A stretch of DNA of 64,000 bases from a virus. The translations under genes were made by a program, and so were the position numbers. This document shows, piece after piece, positions 45,678 to 54,937 of the stretch. A model generated the notes under the pieces. The model saw only the letters and a list, made by a program, of their open reading frames with translations. It had not been told where the DNA came from and ran no database searches. The DNA is taken from positions 1-64,000 of the IMG/VR virus record IMGVR_UViG_3300042542_003555. One strand, given 5' to 3'. Position 1 is the stretch's first letter; the number at the start of each line of letters is the position of its first letter.

Positions 45678-45900
45678 TTGAACCTTTTTCTAATAGTTTC
45701 AACATCAAAGATTTAATCTCTGTCATATCTTCTTTGATGCCAGCAATTTCTTCCTTTACTGTATTTATTTCTTCTTTTTGGGTCTTGAGCATACGTGCCT
45801 TAGCATAATATTCATTTCTGGCATCTTCGTCTGTGTTTATAATTGCCATACTTTTTGTGTCCCTAACATAATTTGTTCCAGTAACTCGTACCAGTGACAT
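45670..45900 (-). CDS. conserved small protein following the VrlC-like gene
   Basis: V.G..YVRD..S.AIINTD...Y, with a C-terminal coiled coil. Confidence 0.75.
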   Translation of the reverse strand: MSLVRVTGTNYVRDTKSMAIINTDEDARNEYYAKARMLKTQKEEINTVKEEIAGIKEDMTEIKSLMLKLLEKGSNG

Positions 45901-45901
45901 A

Positions 45902-48094
45902 TTAGATTCCTGTTCCTGATGGTAATGCTAACGCACGTAGGTCTGACAGATATGGTACTTTTGGACTATCATCTGATGCAAACACTACCTTGATAGCAAA
46001 TTGACTGAATTGTGTATAAGTTTTACCGTTTGTACTTTCATATGAAATAAAGTTATCTGCTACATTGTTTGTTCCTGGAGCAAATTCATATTCAATTAGG
46101 TTGTCTTTGGCTAATGAGTACACATTAGGATTACCAACTTGCGTCATCAGTTGCCAATAACCATCTTCAAACGGTTGTGTATCATCTCGGTTCAGAATCT
46201 TATAGTATACATAAATTCCTGTACCTAATGGTTTGTATGCTGTACAGAATACTCTCAAGTCGCCCGAATCGTTTCCTTGTGTCAATACAACTTTCTTAGT
46301 GAAATATCTTGCGAATGAGTTTCCACCACTACTTGAAGTTTCACCGTATACAACAACATTTGCTGGACTTGTGTTAGCACCTGTAATTGTAATGGTTGGT
46401 GTAGTGATATATCCTGATCCTTCATTGATCACATATACTGAAGAAATAACATCTGATGTTCCATTATTTGCAACTGTAAATCCTAAAGTTGCAGGATCGG
46501 AACCAATGTCTGGAGCACTAATAACGATTGATGTGTTTGCTGGGTCTGTGTATCCTGAACCTGTATTTGCTACGGAGATCACATTGTTTGATATACCCAT
46601 ATTGTTAATGATATTCTGCACACTATACACAGTAACACCATCATCTGAGATGATTGGGCTAACATTTGGATCGGTAGATGATAATGTTGCATACATTGAG
46701 AATGTATCATTGATTGTTTTAATCAATGCTCTTTGTCCTCTACCATCATCAAATGTAATATCATCTTGTGTTGGTGATCCTAGTTTACCGGGAGTTGCAG
46801 AGAATGGACCAATAGGAACATTTCCTTCAGCAAGAACCGCAGTATATGAATAATTAATATTTGTGCTAGTTGGTACAAAGTCTGTCGTTGTTAAGTTGAC
46901 AGCATCAGACCAGGTAGTTGTTCCAAAACTACCAAATAAGTTTGTCATATTGTTGGCATCAAGCTTATATTGAATATCTTGACTGCCAAGTTTTCTATAA
47001 GGTAATCCTTTTGGAATAGAAAACTGAATTGCTGGTGTGACAGAAGTATTGAATATGCACCTATCGATAACAAACATTAATTGCTTAGACTGATCTACTT
47101 GCCATGTGATAGAGTTTTGCGATTCAAACAAACCACCAACATATGGTGTCTGACCAATTTTTGATGTTTCGGTTGGGTTAGGATCAGTAGGCAGTGCTTT
47201 TGCTGTAGAAGGAACTGCTGTAGAATTCTGTTGAGCATAATATATGGTATAGTCAGCACTACTTGTTTCTAACATAAATGCATACAGAACATCGCCTTGA
47301 ATATAAACAGGAGCTTTAAATACAAACTCTGTATATGTCGATGCATCCAAATAATGAGGATTTTGTGATGTTACAACTTGATTTGCATTTAGTGTCACTG
47401 ATGAATAGTCTAATCTTTGCCCGTTTGGATATCCATTTAGTGTGCCAACGATTGATAATGTAACTGGAACATTAGTCGTTGGCTTAGAACGGAAAAACAC
47501 CTTTACTGAACGAAGAAAAATTCCATTAGGAAAGTTGCTCTTATTAACAATAAACGTTTGAGCAATAGGATCACGATAAGTAACAGTTTGTACAACTCTT
47601 GTTCTTACTAGCTGATTTTCTCTTTGAGATACTTGTACAAATGCACTTGCGGCTGAGTCAACAGATGGCGCAAACTCAAGTTTCTGTGATGTTGTTGCAA
47701 GACCTGATGCAGTGAAAGTTGCTTCAGCAAATGTAGTTGCTGTAGTGGGATCAGAAGAAACTAATCTATTGTCAACTCTAAAAACTCTATTTCCTGTTTG
47801 AAATATGCCGCCAGGAAGATTGAATATACCAACAAAATTTCCAGCTTCATCAGTTGAAAATTTAGATAGTGTATTTCCTTTTTGTATAGCATCAGCAATG
47901 GTTGTAATTTGATTACCATTGAAGTTATATTGTGATGTCACATCTCCAACTTTTGTATTATATCCTAATGATACATTAATAGGAGTATCAAGAGTTACAA
48001 TTTTGTTGATATGATCATATGCTGTAACAGTTGCAACATCAGTTGACGTTGATCCTATATACTCTGTTGGTTCTACTTTATATACGTAAGGCAT
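45902..48094 (-). CDS. VrlC/DUF4815-like virion structural protein, C-terminal half
   Basis: DPIAQTF, GIFL.SV..FF..K, G.LF.SQN..TW, SPII, F.QFAIKVV, P...DLRA.AL. Confidence 0.8.
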   Translation of the reverse strand: MPYVYKVEPTEYIGSTSTDVATVTAYDHINKIVTLDTPINVSLGYNTKVGDVTSQYNFNGNQITTIADAIQKGNTLSKFSTDEAGNFVGIFNLPGGIFQTGNRVFRVDNRLVSSDPTTATTFAEATFTASGLATTSQKLEFAPSVDSAASAFVQVSQRENQLVRTRVVQTVTYRDPIAQTFIVNKSNFPNGIFLRSVKVFFRSKPTTNVPVTLSIVGTLNGYPNGQRLDYSSVTLNANQVVTSQNPHYLDASTYTEFVFKAPVYIQGDVLYAFMLETSSADYTIYYAQQNSTAVPSTAKALPTDPNPTETSKIGQTPYVGGLFESQNSITWQVDQSKQLMFVIDRCIFNTSVTPAIQFSIPKGLPYRKLGSQDIQYKLDANNMTNLFGSFGTTTWSDAVNLTTTDFVPTSTNINYSYTAVLAEGNVPIGPFSATPGKLGSPTQDDITFDDGRGQRALIKTINDTFSMYATLSSTDPNVSPIISDDGVTVYSVQNIINNMGISNNVISVANTGSGYTDPANTSIVISAPDIGSDPATLGFTVANNGTSDVISSVYVINEGSGYITTPTITITGANTSPANVVVYGETSSSGGNSFARYFTKKVVLTQGNDSGDLRVFCTAYKPLGTGIYVYYKILNRDDTQPFEDGYWQLMTQVGNPNVYSLAKDNLIEYEFAPGTNNVADNFISYESTNGKTYTQFSQFAIKVVFASDDSPKVPYLSDLRALALPSGTGI

Positions 48095-48117
48095 TTATTT
48101 TTCCAATAAAATAATAG

Positions 48118-51100
48118 TTATTTATTGTTAACAATACAAGCTAACTTTCCAAAAATCTTAAATAGTAGCATTACAGATTTTTGAGTGAACTTGCTTTCAT
48201 CATCTTTGAATGCTTTGATTAGAATCAAATTAACTAGCTTATTATCTAACTTACCAAAATAGTTGTTTAGTAGATAAGCACCATACACAGTATTCTTTCC
48301 AGCTTCTGTGAATTTAATCAGCAAATCGGATGCTCTTTCAGACGTTATGTATTCTCTCTCGGCCACTTTACGAAGAACACCACCTTCTCCTATAATGGAT
48401 GTTGTACCATACCCATTAACTTGATATGTACCATCTCCATCTACCCATAGATTGTATACGGGTTTGCCTTCTGCTGGAACAACATTGAATGGTTTGATTT
48501 GTTTTGTTCTACCTAACCAAGGATACGCTTCATAAATTTCATCCGAAATAGGACTACACAATTCACCATCAATATATAATGGGTGATTGATTGTTGCAAA
48601 TGGTTTCTCATCTTCTTTTACTGAATATAGTTGTTCAAATTTCGTATCAAGTGTTTTTTCAACGAAAGTAACTGTATTAACTTCTCTTTTCTTCCAATTG
48701 TATACTTTATCACCAACTTGAACTTCACTAATTTTCTTAGTTGAACCATCTGCAAGAAGCACTAAACTATCCTCAGTAAAACATCTTCCTCGGCGGCGTG
48801 GTGGTGGAGGAGGAACATATGTTGCTGTTTGAACTGTGTATGCAAATATGTATGTCGATGTAACACTAAGTTTCGTTCCTACATAATAGTTTGCAACATT
48901 AGATGCATTACCATCTAGTTTAACTTTTGTTACTCCAGTGAACCATGCTCCACCTTCAGGCATAACAACAACCTGAGCAACACTATCATAGTTTGTGTTT
49001 GGTGGACTTGTTGATTCAAATACAATTTCATCTGCGGCATTCTTAATAACAACAGCAATACCAGAAGGACCAGGAGATCCAGTTACAGACCAAGCAAGTG
49101 TTTTTGTTCCTAATGATGCTACGTTAAGGCTTGCTTGATTAACTGTTGTTGGGTTTGCAGCACCAGAAATGATTGTACTTCCATTTGATGTTAAGGTGTA
49201 CGCTCCAGATGACGAAACTTGAACTGTATATGTACCAGTATCTTCTGGAGTGATAGCAAAGGTTGCTGAGTATGATGCTGATGCATTTAAATCACCCCAA
49301 ATACCATATTGATTCAAGAACGTTCCCCATGCATGAGAGTTTTGAACTTTATAGAGTTGTAATCCACCAGTTATGGAGTTATTATAACTTCCACCAACAC
49401 CACTGAGCGTTCCTGATGTGGATAGTTTAGCAGTTGCCGCAGCAGTATTTAATGTTCCGCTTGCTGTTGATGATGTATATGTTCCACCAGAATTAAATAA
49501 CGCATTCTGGAAAGTGTTTGTTGGAACATATGATGGAGCACCTTGCAGCGTTGAAAGATATAATCTTACATTACTTGTGTTTGGATATTTGTATATCGAA
49601 ACAACACGTCCTGTTGCATTAAATGCGTTATTGTAATAGAATCCAACAATATCATCTTCATTAAATGTACCAGTTACACCAGTTAGTTCTAGTGTGTTTG
49701 GTGAAGTGAGATAATTATCAACACTAACTCCATCAAACCATGCAGAAACTGGAGTGTTAACTAATAATCCTTCTGCTCTGAATATTAACTGTTGTGGTCT
49801 AATATATGGTAAAACAGAGATATTTGTAATATAACCATTACCTAATCCAACAGTAGATGATACTTGTTGATAGTTACCAGCAGTAGTTATGGTTTGTAGT
49901 TGATCTTGGTATGATCGAGTTGTCGTTGTTGTAGTAACTGCTCTACCAGATGAAGATGTTGATGTTGAAACTATATCATATGATGTTCCAGGAATAGTTG
50001 TCCAATCACCAGCGTTTACAACATTGACTCCGTTTGTTTGTTGATATACTTCAGTACCTGGATTTACAATCAGCAACGAAGGTGCTTGACTATTGTCTAC
50101 CCAGTTATCCATAGGTGGAGTAATTCTCGCAACGCCTTGATATACAGCAACATTAAATGGATTCAGACTGATAGTTGAACTAGCAAGCGACTGAATAACC
50201 ACATTTGATGATGTATATGGTAGAGTAAAAATATTAGTTGATGTACCACCAATACTTGAAACCGCAATGTTGTTGAATGTTCGAAGTGTTCCCAGTGAAT
50301 TTAGAACAATTGGGTTTTGCAGTTGATAGTTATCAACAGTATTGATAGGACTTAATCTTCTTTTAGTCGTATTAATCTTTGCTGCGTAGTCAGGATTTGC
50401 TGTATCAGCAGCAGAGAAAGAAGAAAAATCATCTACCAAAATACCATTTTTAAATCTATTCAGTCCATTTACATCTGGCACTTGTAATGATTGTGCATTT
50501 GTTTCCAGTAAACTTAGAGAGGCATAGTATTCTAGATCGTTAACTCTTGTTTGCAGATCAGTGATATCTTTTTTGATCCAGTTCTTATTTAATACCTTTT
50601 CGATGGATAGGTTTGCTTGACCACCACCTGGTACCTCACCTGGAATATATGCTGTATATGGATCATAAGATAGATTTGCTAATACTAATGACCCATCTGG
50701 TTCTTTTGGTAACGTTGGGAATATAGATGGAGTTCCTTGTACCATCAAGAATGCTCTATCTTTTGTTAGAACAAGTTTATCTTTTCTTCCCAGATAATAA
50801 TCATAATCACTGACATATTCGCTTAGGTTTTCTGGAATTAAAATACCTGTATCATCTGCTGCTGGGTTACCGGTATAGTTGAATTCAAATGCTGCTTGTG
50901 CATTTTTTCTCACAGGTCTGAAATCAAGTGCATCGGCAAGACGATATACTGTTCCGTTTGTGCTGATATATGTAGAAATTTCTTGATATACTTCAGGTGA
51001 AGATGAGTTTGGTGCAAGGTATGAATTTACATCAAAGTATCCATCACCACCAGTATGTGAATAGTAATCAAATACAACTAGAATATTGCCTTTTGGTTTA

Positions 51101-53535
51101 TTTGCACCAGCAACAAGAACTAAAGATGCATGATCATAATAGTTATCTCTTTGCCCATTATCTAATCTAAACAGACTAGTAACATCATAAGCAGCATTAG
51201 ATAGCATTGCACTTGTTGCTGCTGTGCCTGGAGATTTTGTATCAATGATCTTTCTAATTTTCTTCACATCAGAAACATATAGTGAAGTGATTGATCCAAT
51301 ATCAGCATTTTGAATGTAGGCTTGACCTTTATTTAAATCAAGATATGTGTTATTGATTACGCCACTAGGACCAGCAATACTTGCAGATGTTGTGTTTCCT
51401 GTTACAAGATTTTTTGTTTTTAATATATTGGTTACATTGTCCGCATTTGAAACATTAACTGCTGCTATTACATCAACAACAATACCACCATAAGTGTCTG
51501 TTGTGAAGGTTACTGTCTTTTTGTCGCCAGAAAGAACTACAGTCTCACCAGATGATGTGAAGTCTAATATCTTTCCAGTCGCTCTATTAATGATTGTAAA
51601 GTTTTGTTTAACGGCATCTGAAGATAATGTTCCAGTACCCAAGAATGTCAGAGGAGTGCCAGCACCAATAGTGATGGTCAAAACGTAATTTGGTCCAGAA
51701 GAAGTAAATGTTTTTGCACGGAATACTTTAGTTGAAACATAATCACTGTTGCTGATATTTGCAACAAATGGATATCCAACTAAGAATAACATTTCTGGTG
51801 CATTTGGATTTTCAAGAATAGTGTCACCAGAAGCTACACCATTGAGTTTTCCTGCATTAGCAATATCTGCTGTAGCAATGATTACATTACTACTGTTTCT
51901 TGCAACAATAGAGTCAACAATTGTAGTCGAGAATTTCAAACTGAATTGTGTTGTGCTATCTGGTGTAACTGTAAATGGTGCATCAACTGTTGCTGTTCTG
52001 GTTGCTCCATTATATGAAACAATTCTTCTAATATCACCCACACTTGTTCCACCCGTGATAACAATAGTTGTAGAATAGTATGCATTTGCGGCAGTTGAGA
52101 ATTTACCACCAGCACCAGTGCCTGAGAAAGTAATTGTCGTTGGTGTTCCTGATGATGCTATTCCATTTAATGCATTTGTATTGATATCAGAAACATATGC
52201 CTTGTAGACATATGATGGAGTATTAGCATTTGATGTTGAACTTGAATACTTTAAGTTTCTTATACGTGCTGAACCAACTAATGTTGAGGCATATGTGGCT
52301 GTATTAGTCGTTAAAACATCAACGTTAGGAGTACAATGCAGATCAATGACTGGCATTGTAGTAACATCAAATGTTCCGTTTGCTGATGTTACTGTGAAAT
52401 AGCTGCCATAGTCAACAAATACAGCATTATTATTGATTGCATCTGTTGTTCTTGCTCTATTGATGCCACCCAATACTTCATCGGATTGATTTTCGATTCT
52501 ATAACCACGAACGTAAGCAAGTCCTTTACCAATCTTCAAATCATATTGTGCTGAATTCACTGTGTTTGCAGATGGTGTTAGCTTAAATTCATCAACAATA
52601 TAGTCACCATTGCTTTCGAAATCTCTCTTTGCAAAGTAATCATCGATAACAGAATAAACACTGTTATCTACTTGTTTGATAATAGTTCCATTACTTACTC
52701 TTACAAGTTCAATAAACTGATCATCATTTCCTGGTGTTAGTGGTAATGAAATAAGATCAAGACCAATCTTGAATCTATCAGCACCAGGTGCTTGATAGTT
52801 AGATGCACCAACAGCAGGATCTAATAATGAAGGATCGTTAACATAGTCAACAATTGTTTCCGTGATAGAAAGACCAACACGATATGATGGTGTATTGCTA
52901 TACTTGTCCAGAACAATAGTTTGTGGTGAAACTTGTACAAAATGTCCAATTGAATACTTGCTAAATGTTCCATCAGGATTCGGTGTTGATGAAATATTAT
53001 ATCCATTTACAATATAAAAAATACCTTGAGAAATGGATGCAGTAGATGTTTTTCCGGTGCAAGTGCTGAAGCCAGTAGAACCAATTGTTGTTGCTGTAAA
53101 GTTTGATCCATCAGTACAGAAGATTTGCATATTGTCTGTGAACTGAACACCAGAGTAATATGAAACATATAACGTAGGTGGATCTGCTTGTGAAGCTTCT
53201 GTCGTTGCAATTACTTTTGCTCTTACGATTCCTTCAGCATCTTGAATATCTTTGTTTAGAAAATTTTCAGCTATAACTTCTGTGCCAATTAGTGTTGTAA
53301 GATTTAACTTTACGTAATAGTTATTAAGGTTAGTTGTTACTTTACCACCAGAAACTGGAGAGTTCTGTGTGAAAATATGATCAGCAAAATTACTGATCTG
53401 ATTTTGTAGAATCGTTTGAGCCTGTGTTAATTCTCTCGCCTGAACCGCAAATCCTGGCTTAAATAGTATTCTATGAAAATTCTTTGTTGGGTCAAAATCA
53501 TCAAAATACGGATCAACGTTAAAATTTAGAGCCAT
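48118..53535 (-). CDS. VrlC/DUF4815-like virion structural protein, N-terminal half, with C-terminal Hint domain
   Basis: FNVDPYFDDFD..KNFHRILF.PG.AVQARELTQ.Q, APGADR, LEYY.SLSLLE, RFKNGILVDDF; Hint domain near the C-terminus. Confidence 0.85.
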   Translation of the reverse strand: MALNFNVDPYFDDFDPTKNFHRILFKPGFAVQARELTQAQTILQNQISNFADHIFTQNSPVSGGKVTTNLNNYYVKLNLTTLIGTEVIAENFLNKDIQDAEGIVRAKVIATTEASQADPPTLYVSYYSGVQFTDNMQIFCTDGSNFTATTIGSTGFSTCTGKTSTASISQGIFYIVNGYNISSTPNPDGTFSKYSIGHFVQVSPQTIVLDKYSNTPSYRVGLSITETIVDYVNDPSLLDPAVGASNYQAPGADRFKIGLDLISLPLTPGNDDQFIELVRVSNGTIIKQVDNSVYSVIDDYFAKRDFESNGDYIVDEFKLTPSANTVNSAQYDLKIGKGLAYVRGYRIENQSDEVLGGINRARTTDAINNNAVFVDYGSYFTVTSANGTFDVTTMPVIDLHCTPNVDVLTTNTATYASTLVGSARIRNLKYSSSTSNANTPSYVYKAYVSDINTNALNGIASSGTPTTITFSGTGAGGKFSTAANAYYSTTIVITGGTSVGDIRRIVSYNGATRTATVDAPFTVTPDSTTQFSLKFSTTIVDSIVARNSSNVIIATADIANAGKLNGVASGDTILENPNAPEMLFLVGYPFVANISNSDYVSTKVFRAKTFTSSGPNYVLTITIGAGTPLTFLGTGTLSSDAVKQNFTIINRATGKILDFTSSGETVVLSGDKKTVTFTTDTYGGIVVDVIAAVNVSNADNVTNILKTKNLVTGNTTSASIAGPSGVINNTYLDLNKGQAYIQNADIGSITSLYVSDVKKIRKIIDTKSPGTAATSAMLSNAAYDVTSLFRLDNGQRDNYYDHASLVLVAGANKPKGNILVVFDYYSHTGGDGYFDVNSYLAPNSSSPEVYQEISTYISTNGTVYRLADALDFRPVRKNAQAAFEFNYTGNPAADDTGILIPENLSEYVSDYDYYLGRKDKLVLTKDRAFLMVQGTPSIFPTLPKEPDGSLVLANLSYDPYTAYIPGEVPGGGQANLSIEKVLNKNWIKKDITDLQTRVNDLEYYASLSLLETNAQSLQVPDVNGLNRFKNGILVDDFSSFSAADTANPDYAAKINTTKRRLSPINTVDNYQLQNPIVLNSLGTLRTFNNIAVSSIGGTSTNIFTLPYTSSNVVIQSLASSTISLNPFNVAVYQGVARITPPMDNWVDNSQAPSLLIVNPGTEVYQQTNGVNVVNAGDWTTIPGTSYDIVSTSTSSSGRAVTTTTTTRSYQDQLQTITTAGNYQQVSSTVGLGNGYITNISVLPYIRPQQLIFRAEGLLVNTPVSAWFDGVSVDNYLTSPNTLELTGVTGTFNEDDIVGFYYNNAFNATGRVVSIYKYPNTSNVRLYLSTLQGAPSYVPTNTFQNALFNSGGTYTSSTASGTLNTAAATAKLSTSGTLSGVGGSYNNSITGGLQLYKVQNSHAWGTFLNQYGIWGDLNASASYSATFAITPEDTGTYTVQVSSSGAYTLTSNGSTIISGAANPTTVNQASLNVASLGTKTLAWSVTGSPGPSGIAVVIKNAADEIVFESTSPPNTNYDSVAQVVVMPEGGAWFTGVTKVKLDGNASNVANYYVGTKLSVTSTYIFAYTVQTATYVPPPPPRRRGRCFTEDSLVLLADGSTKKISEVQVGDKVYNWKKREVNTVTFVEKTLDTKFEQLYSVKEDEKPFATINHPLYIDGELCSPISDEIYEAYPWLGRTKQIKPFNVVPAEGKPVYNLWVDGDGTYQVNGYGTTSIIGEGGVLRKVAEREYITSERASDLLIKFTEAGKNTVYGAYLLNNYFGKLDNKLVNLILIKAFKDDESKFTQKSVMLLFKIFGKLACIVNNK
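48119..48125 (-). promoter_or_regulatory. late-promoter-like ATAAATA overlapping the stop codon
   Basis: ATAAATA at the stop of 48118..53535, about 25 nt before the next ATG. Confidence 0.45.
48397..48783 (-). other. Hint (Hedgehog/intein-like) autoprocessing domain, non-splicing type
   Basis: Block A CFTEDSLVLLADG...I.EV.VGD.V, block B FATINHP, block F VYNLWVDG; block G GTYQVNGYGTTS lacks the terminal His-Asn. Confidence 0.85.
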
Positions 53536-53544
53536 TTTTTTCCC

Positions 53545-54927
53545 TTAGTATCCTAATACAAATCTTAATTGTTCTATACCATCCGCACTTCTTTGAATTG
53601 AGCTTCTGTTTTCCACAAACATGATGTGACCAGAAAAGATATCATAATCGGGGTTACTTATTGTGGTAGTAGTTCTTGCTGTACCAGATGTATCACCAAA
53701 AAGAGTGCTGTTAATCACAGGAGTTCCTGTAGTATTTAGTAGTCTAATTACACCCGTAGCATCGTCAAAACTAAGCACAGTTGCTTTAAAAAATGCTGTT
53801 GCTAAACTTGTGCCTTGATATACTATTTCATCACTGAGATAGGTACCAGTTCCACTTACTAGAACTAAATCCGTAGTGGTTTTATAGATTGCTGAATTGG
53901 CCGGACTTGGATAACTTGCACGGGAGTATGGGTTTACAATAATTCCAACTTGACGAAAATCAATATCTGTTGGTACTATTCCATTCTCATCACCTATAAA
54001 CTCTGTCGTAAACATTACATGTGAACATCCCAATTCTGAAATAGGATCTGTTCCATGACCAGAGATAGGCGATACTGGCGCAATTGCTGTTGCTCCTGAA
54101 CCTTCAGATGAACTAATAATTACATTTGCAAACGTATACCCAGAACCTTGGTTTGTTACTGTAATGTCTGTGACTACGTTTGCTGAAACTTGTACTGAAC
54201 CTGTTGCTCCGGTACCATCACCAACTATACTTACAGTAATAGGATTAGTTATTGGGTTATATCCTGAACCACCATTTGTTACATTGATTACGTCAATGTT
54301 ACCTGATCTAGCTGGTGTTGTTTGCCATGGTGGAAAATACAGAGATGTTGGTCCCGTTCTACCTATAGGTATTGGCATCCAAGTTGTGTCCATGAATTTT
54401 AATTTTGATCCAATGTCAACAGTATAGATATATTTCCATTTGTAGCCATCAGAACCTATATAAAGATTATTTGATGAATATGTACCTGGTTGAAAATACG
54501 GCTCATCAGTTGCAGCACCACCATTGTCATTCCACAGGCATTTGAATACTTGATCGTAACGATTTTTTACATAGAATTCATATATTAAAAAACCATTTTC
54601 ATCTTGTTCCAACATATCAACATTGTCTTGATAATAATCATACACTGTGCCAGATACCCAATCAAATCTTTCAATGACAGGAGAAATATTGTTGATACCT
54701 ATTTTTTTAGTAGCAAAAACATTCTTATAAATCTTTTTCAGATTCATTTGATCTTGTGTTGGCTGCGGAGGCGCATTTTCATTTGGCCAAGGATCGACTT
54801 TTGCTAGAAAACAATAAAAAGTTTCTAGGTAATCGCTTGTAGAAAATATTTGAGCAACAGGAGAATAATAGTGTTCTCTGACTCCTGTTAGTTTTGCTGC
54901 ATATGTGATTATATTTTTATCTGCCAT
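53545..54927 (-). CDS. gp8: baseplate wedge subunit gp8
   Basis: W.SGTVYD.Y, FYV.N....VFKCL.N, DGYKWKY.Y, GHG.DP..EL, DFRQ.GII.NP, ENR..I.R. Confidence 0.88.
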   Translation of the reverse strand: MADKNIITYAAKLTGVREHYYSPVAQIFSTSDYLETFYCFLAKVDPWPNENAPPQPTQDQMNLKKIYKNVFATKKIGINNISPVIERFDWVSGTVYDYYQDNVDMLEQDENGFLIYEFYVKNRYDQVFKCLWNDNGGAATDEPYFQPGTYSSNNLYIGSDGYKWKYIYTVDIGSKLKFMDTTWMPIPIGRTGPTSLYFPPWQTTPARSGNIDVINVTNGGSGYNPITNPITVSIVGDGTGATGSVQVSANVVTDITVTNQGSGYTFANVIISSSEGSGATAIAPVSPISGHGTDPISELGCSHVMFTTEFIGDENGIVPTDIDFRQVGIIVNPYSRASYPSPANSAIYKTTTDLVLVSGTGTYLSDEIVYQGTSLATAFFKATVLSFDDATGVIRLLNTTGTPVINSTLFGDTSGTARTTTTISNPDYDIFSGHIMFVENRSSIQRSADGIEQLRFVLGY

Positions 54928-54937
54928 GATTTATTTA

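Noticed and set aside
48095-48117. Pseudogene, frameshift or intron explaining the DUF4815 split
   Set aside because: Both ORFs are long and intact, the second has its own SD and ATG, and no group I/II intron structure is visible; only read data could fully exclude an assembly artefact
48397-48783. Canonical mobile intein
   Set aside because: No terminal His-Asn followed by Cys/Ser/Thr, no homing endonuclease, and the sequence after it does not resume the host protein
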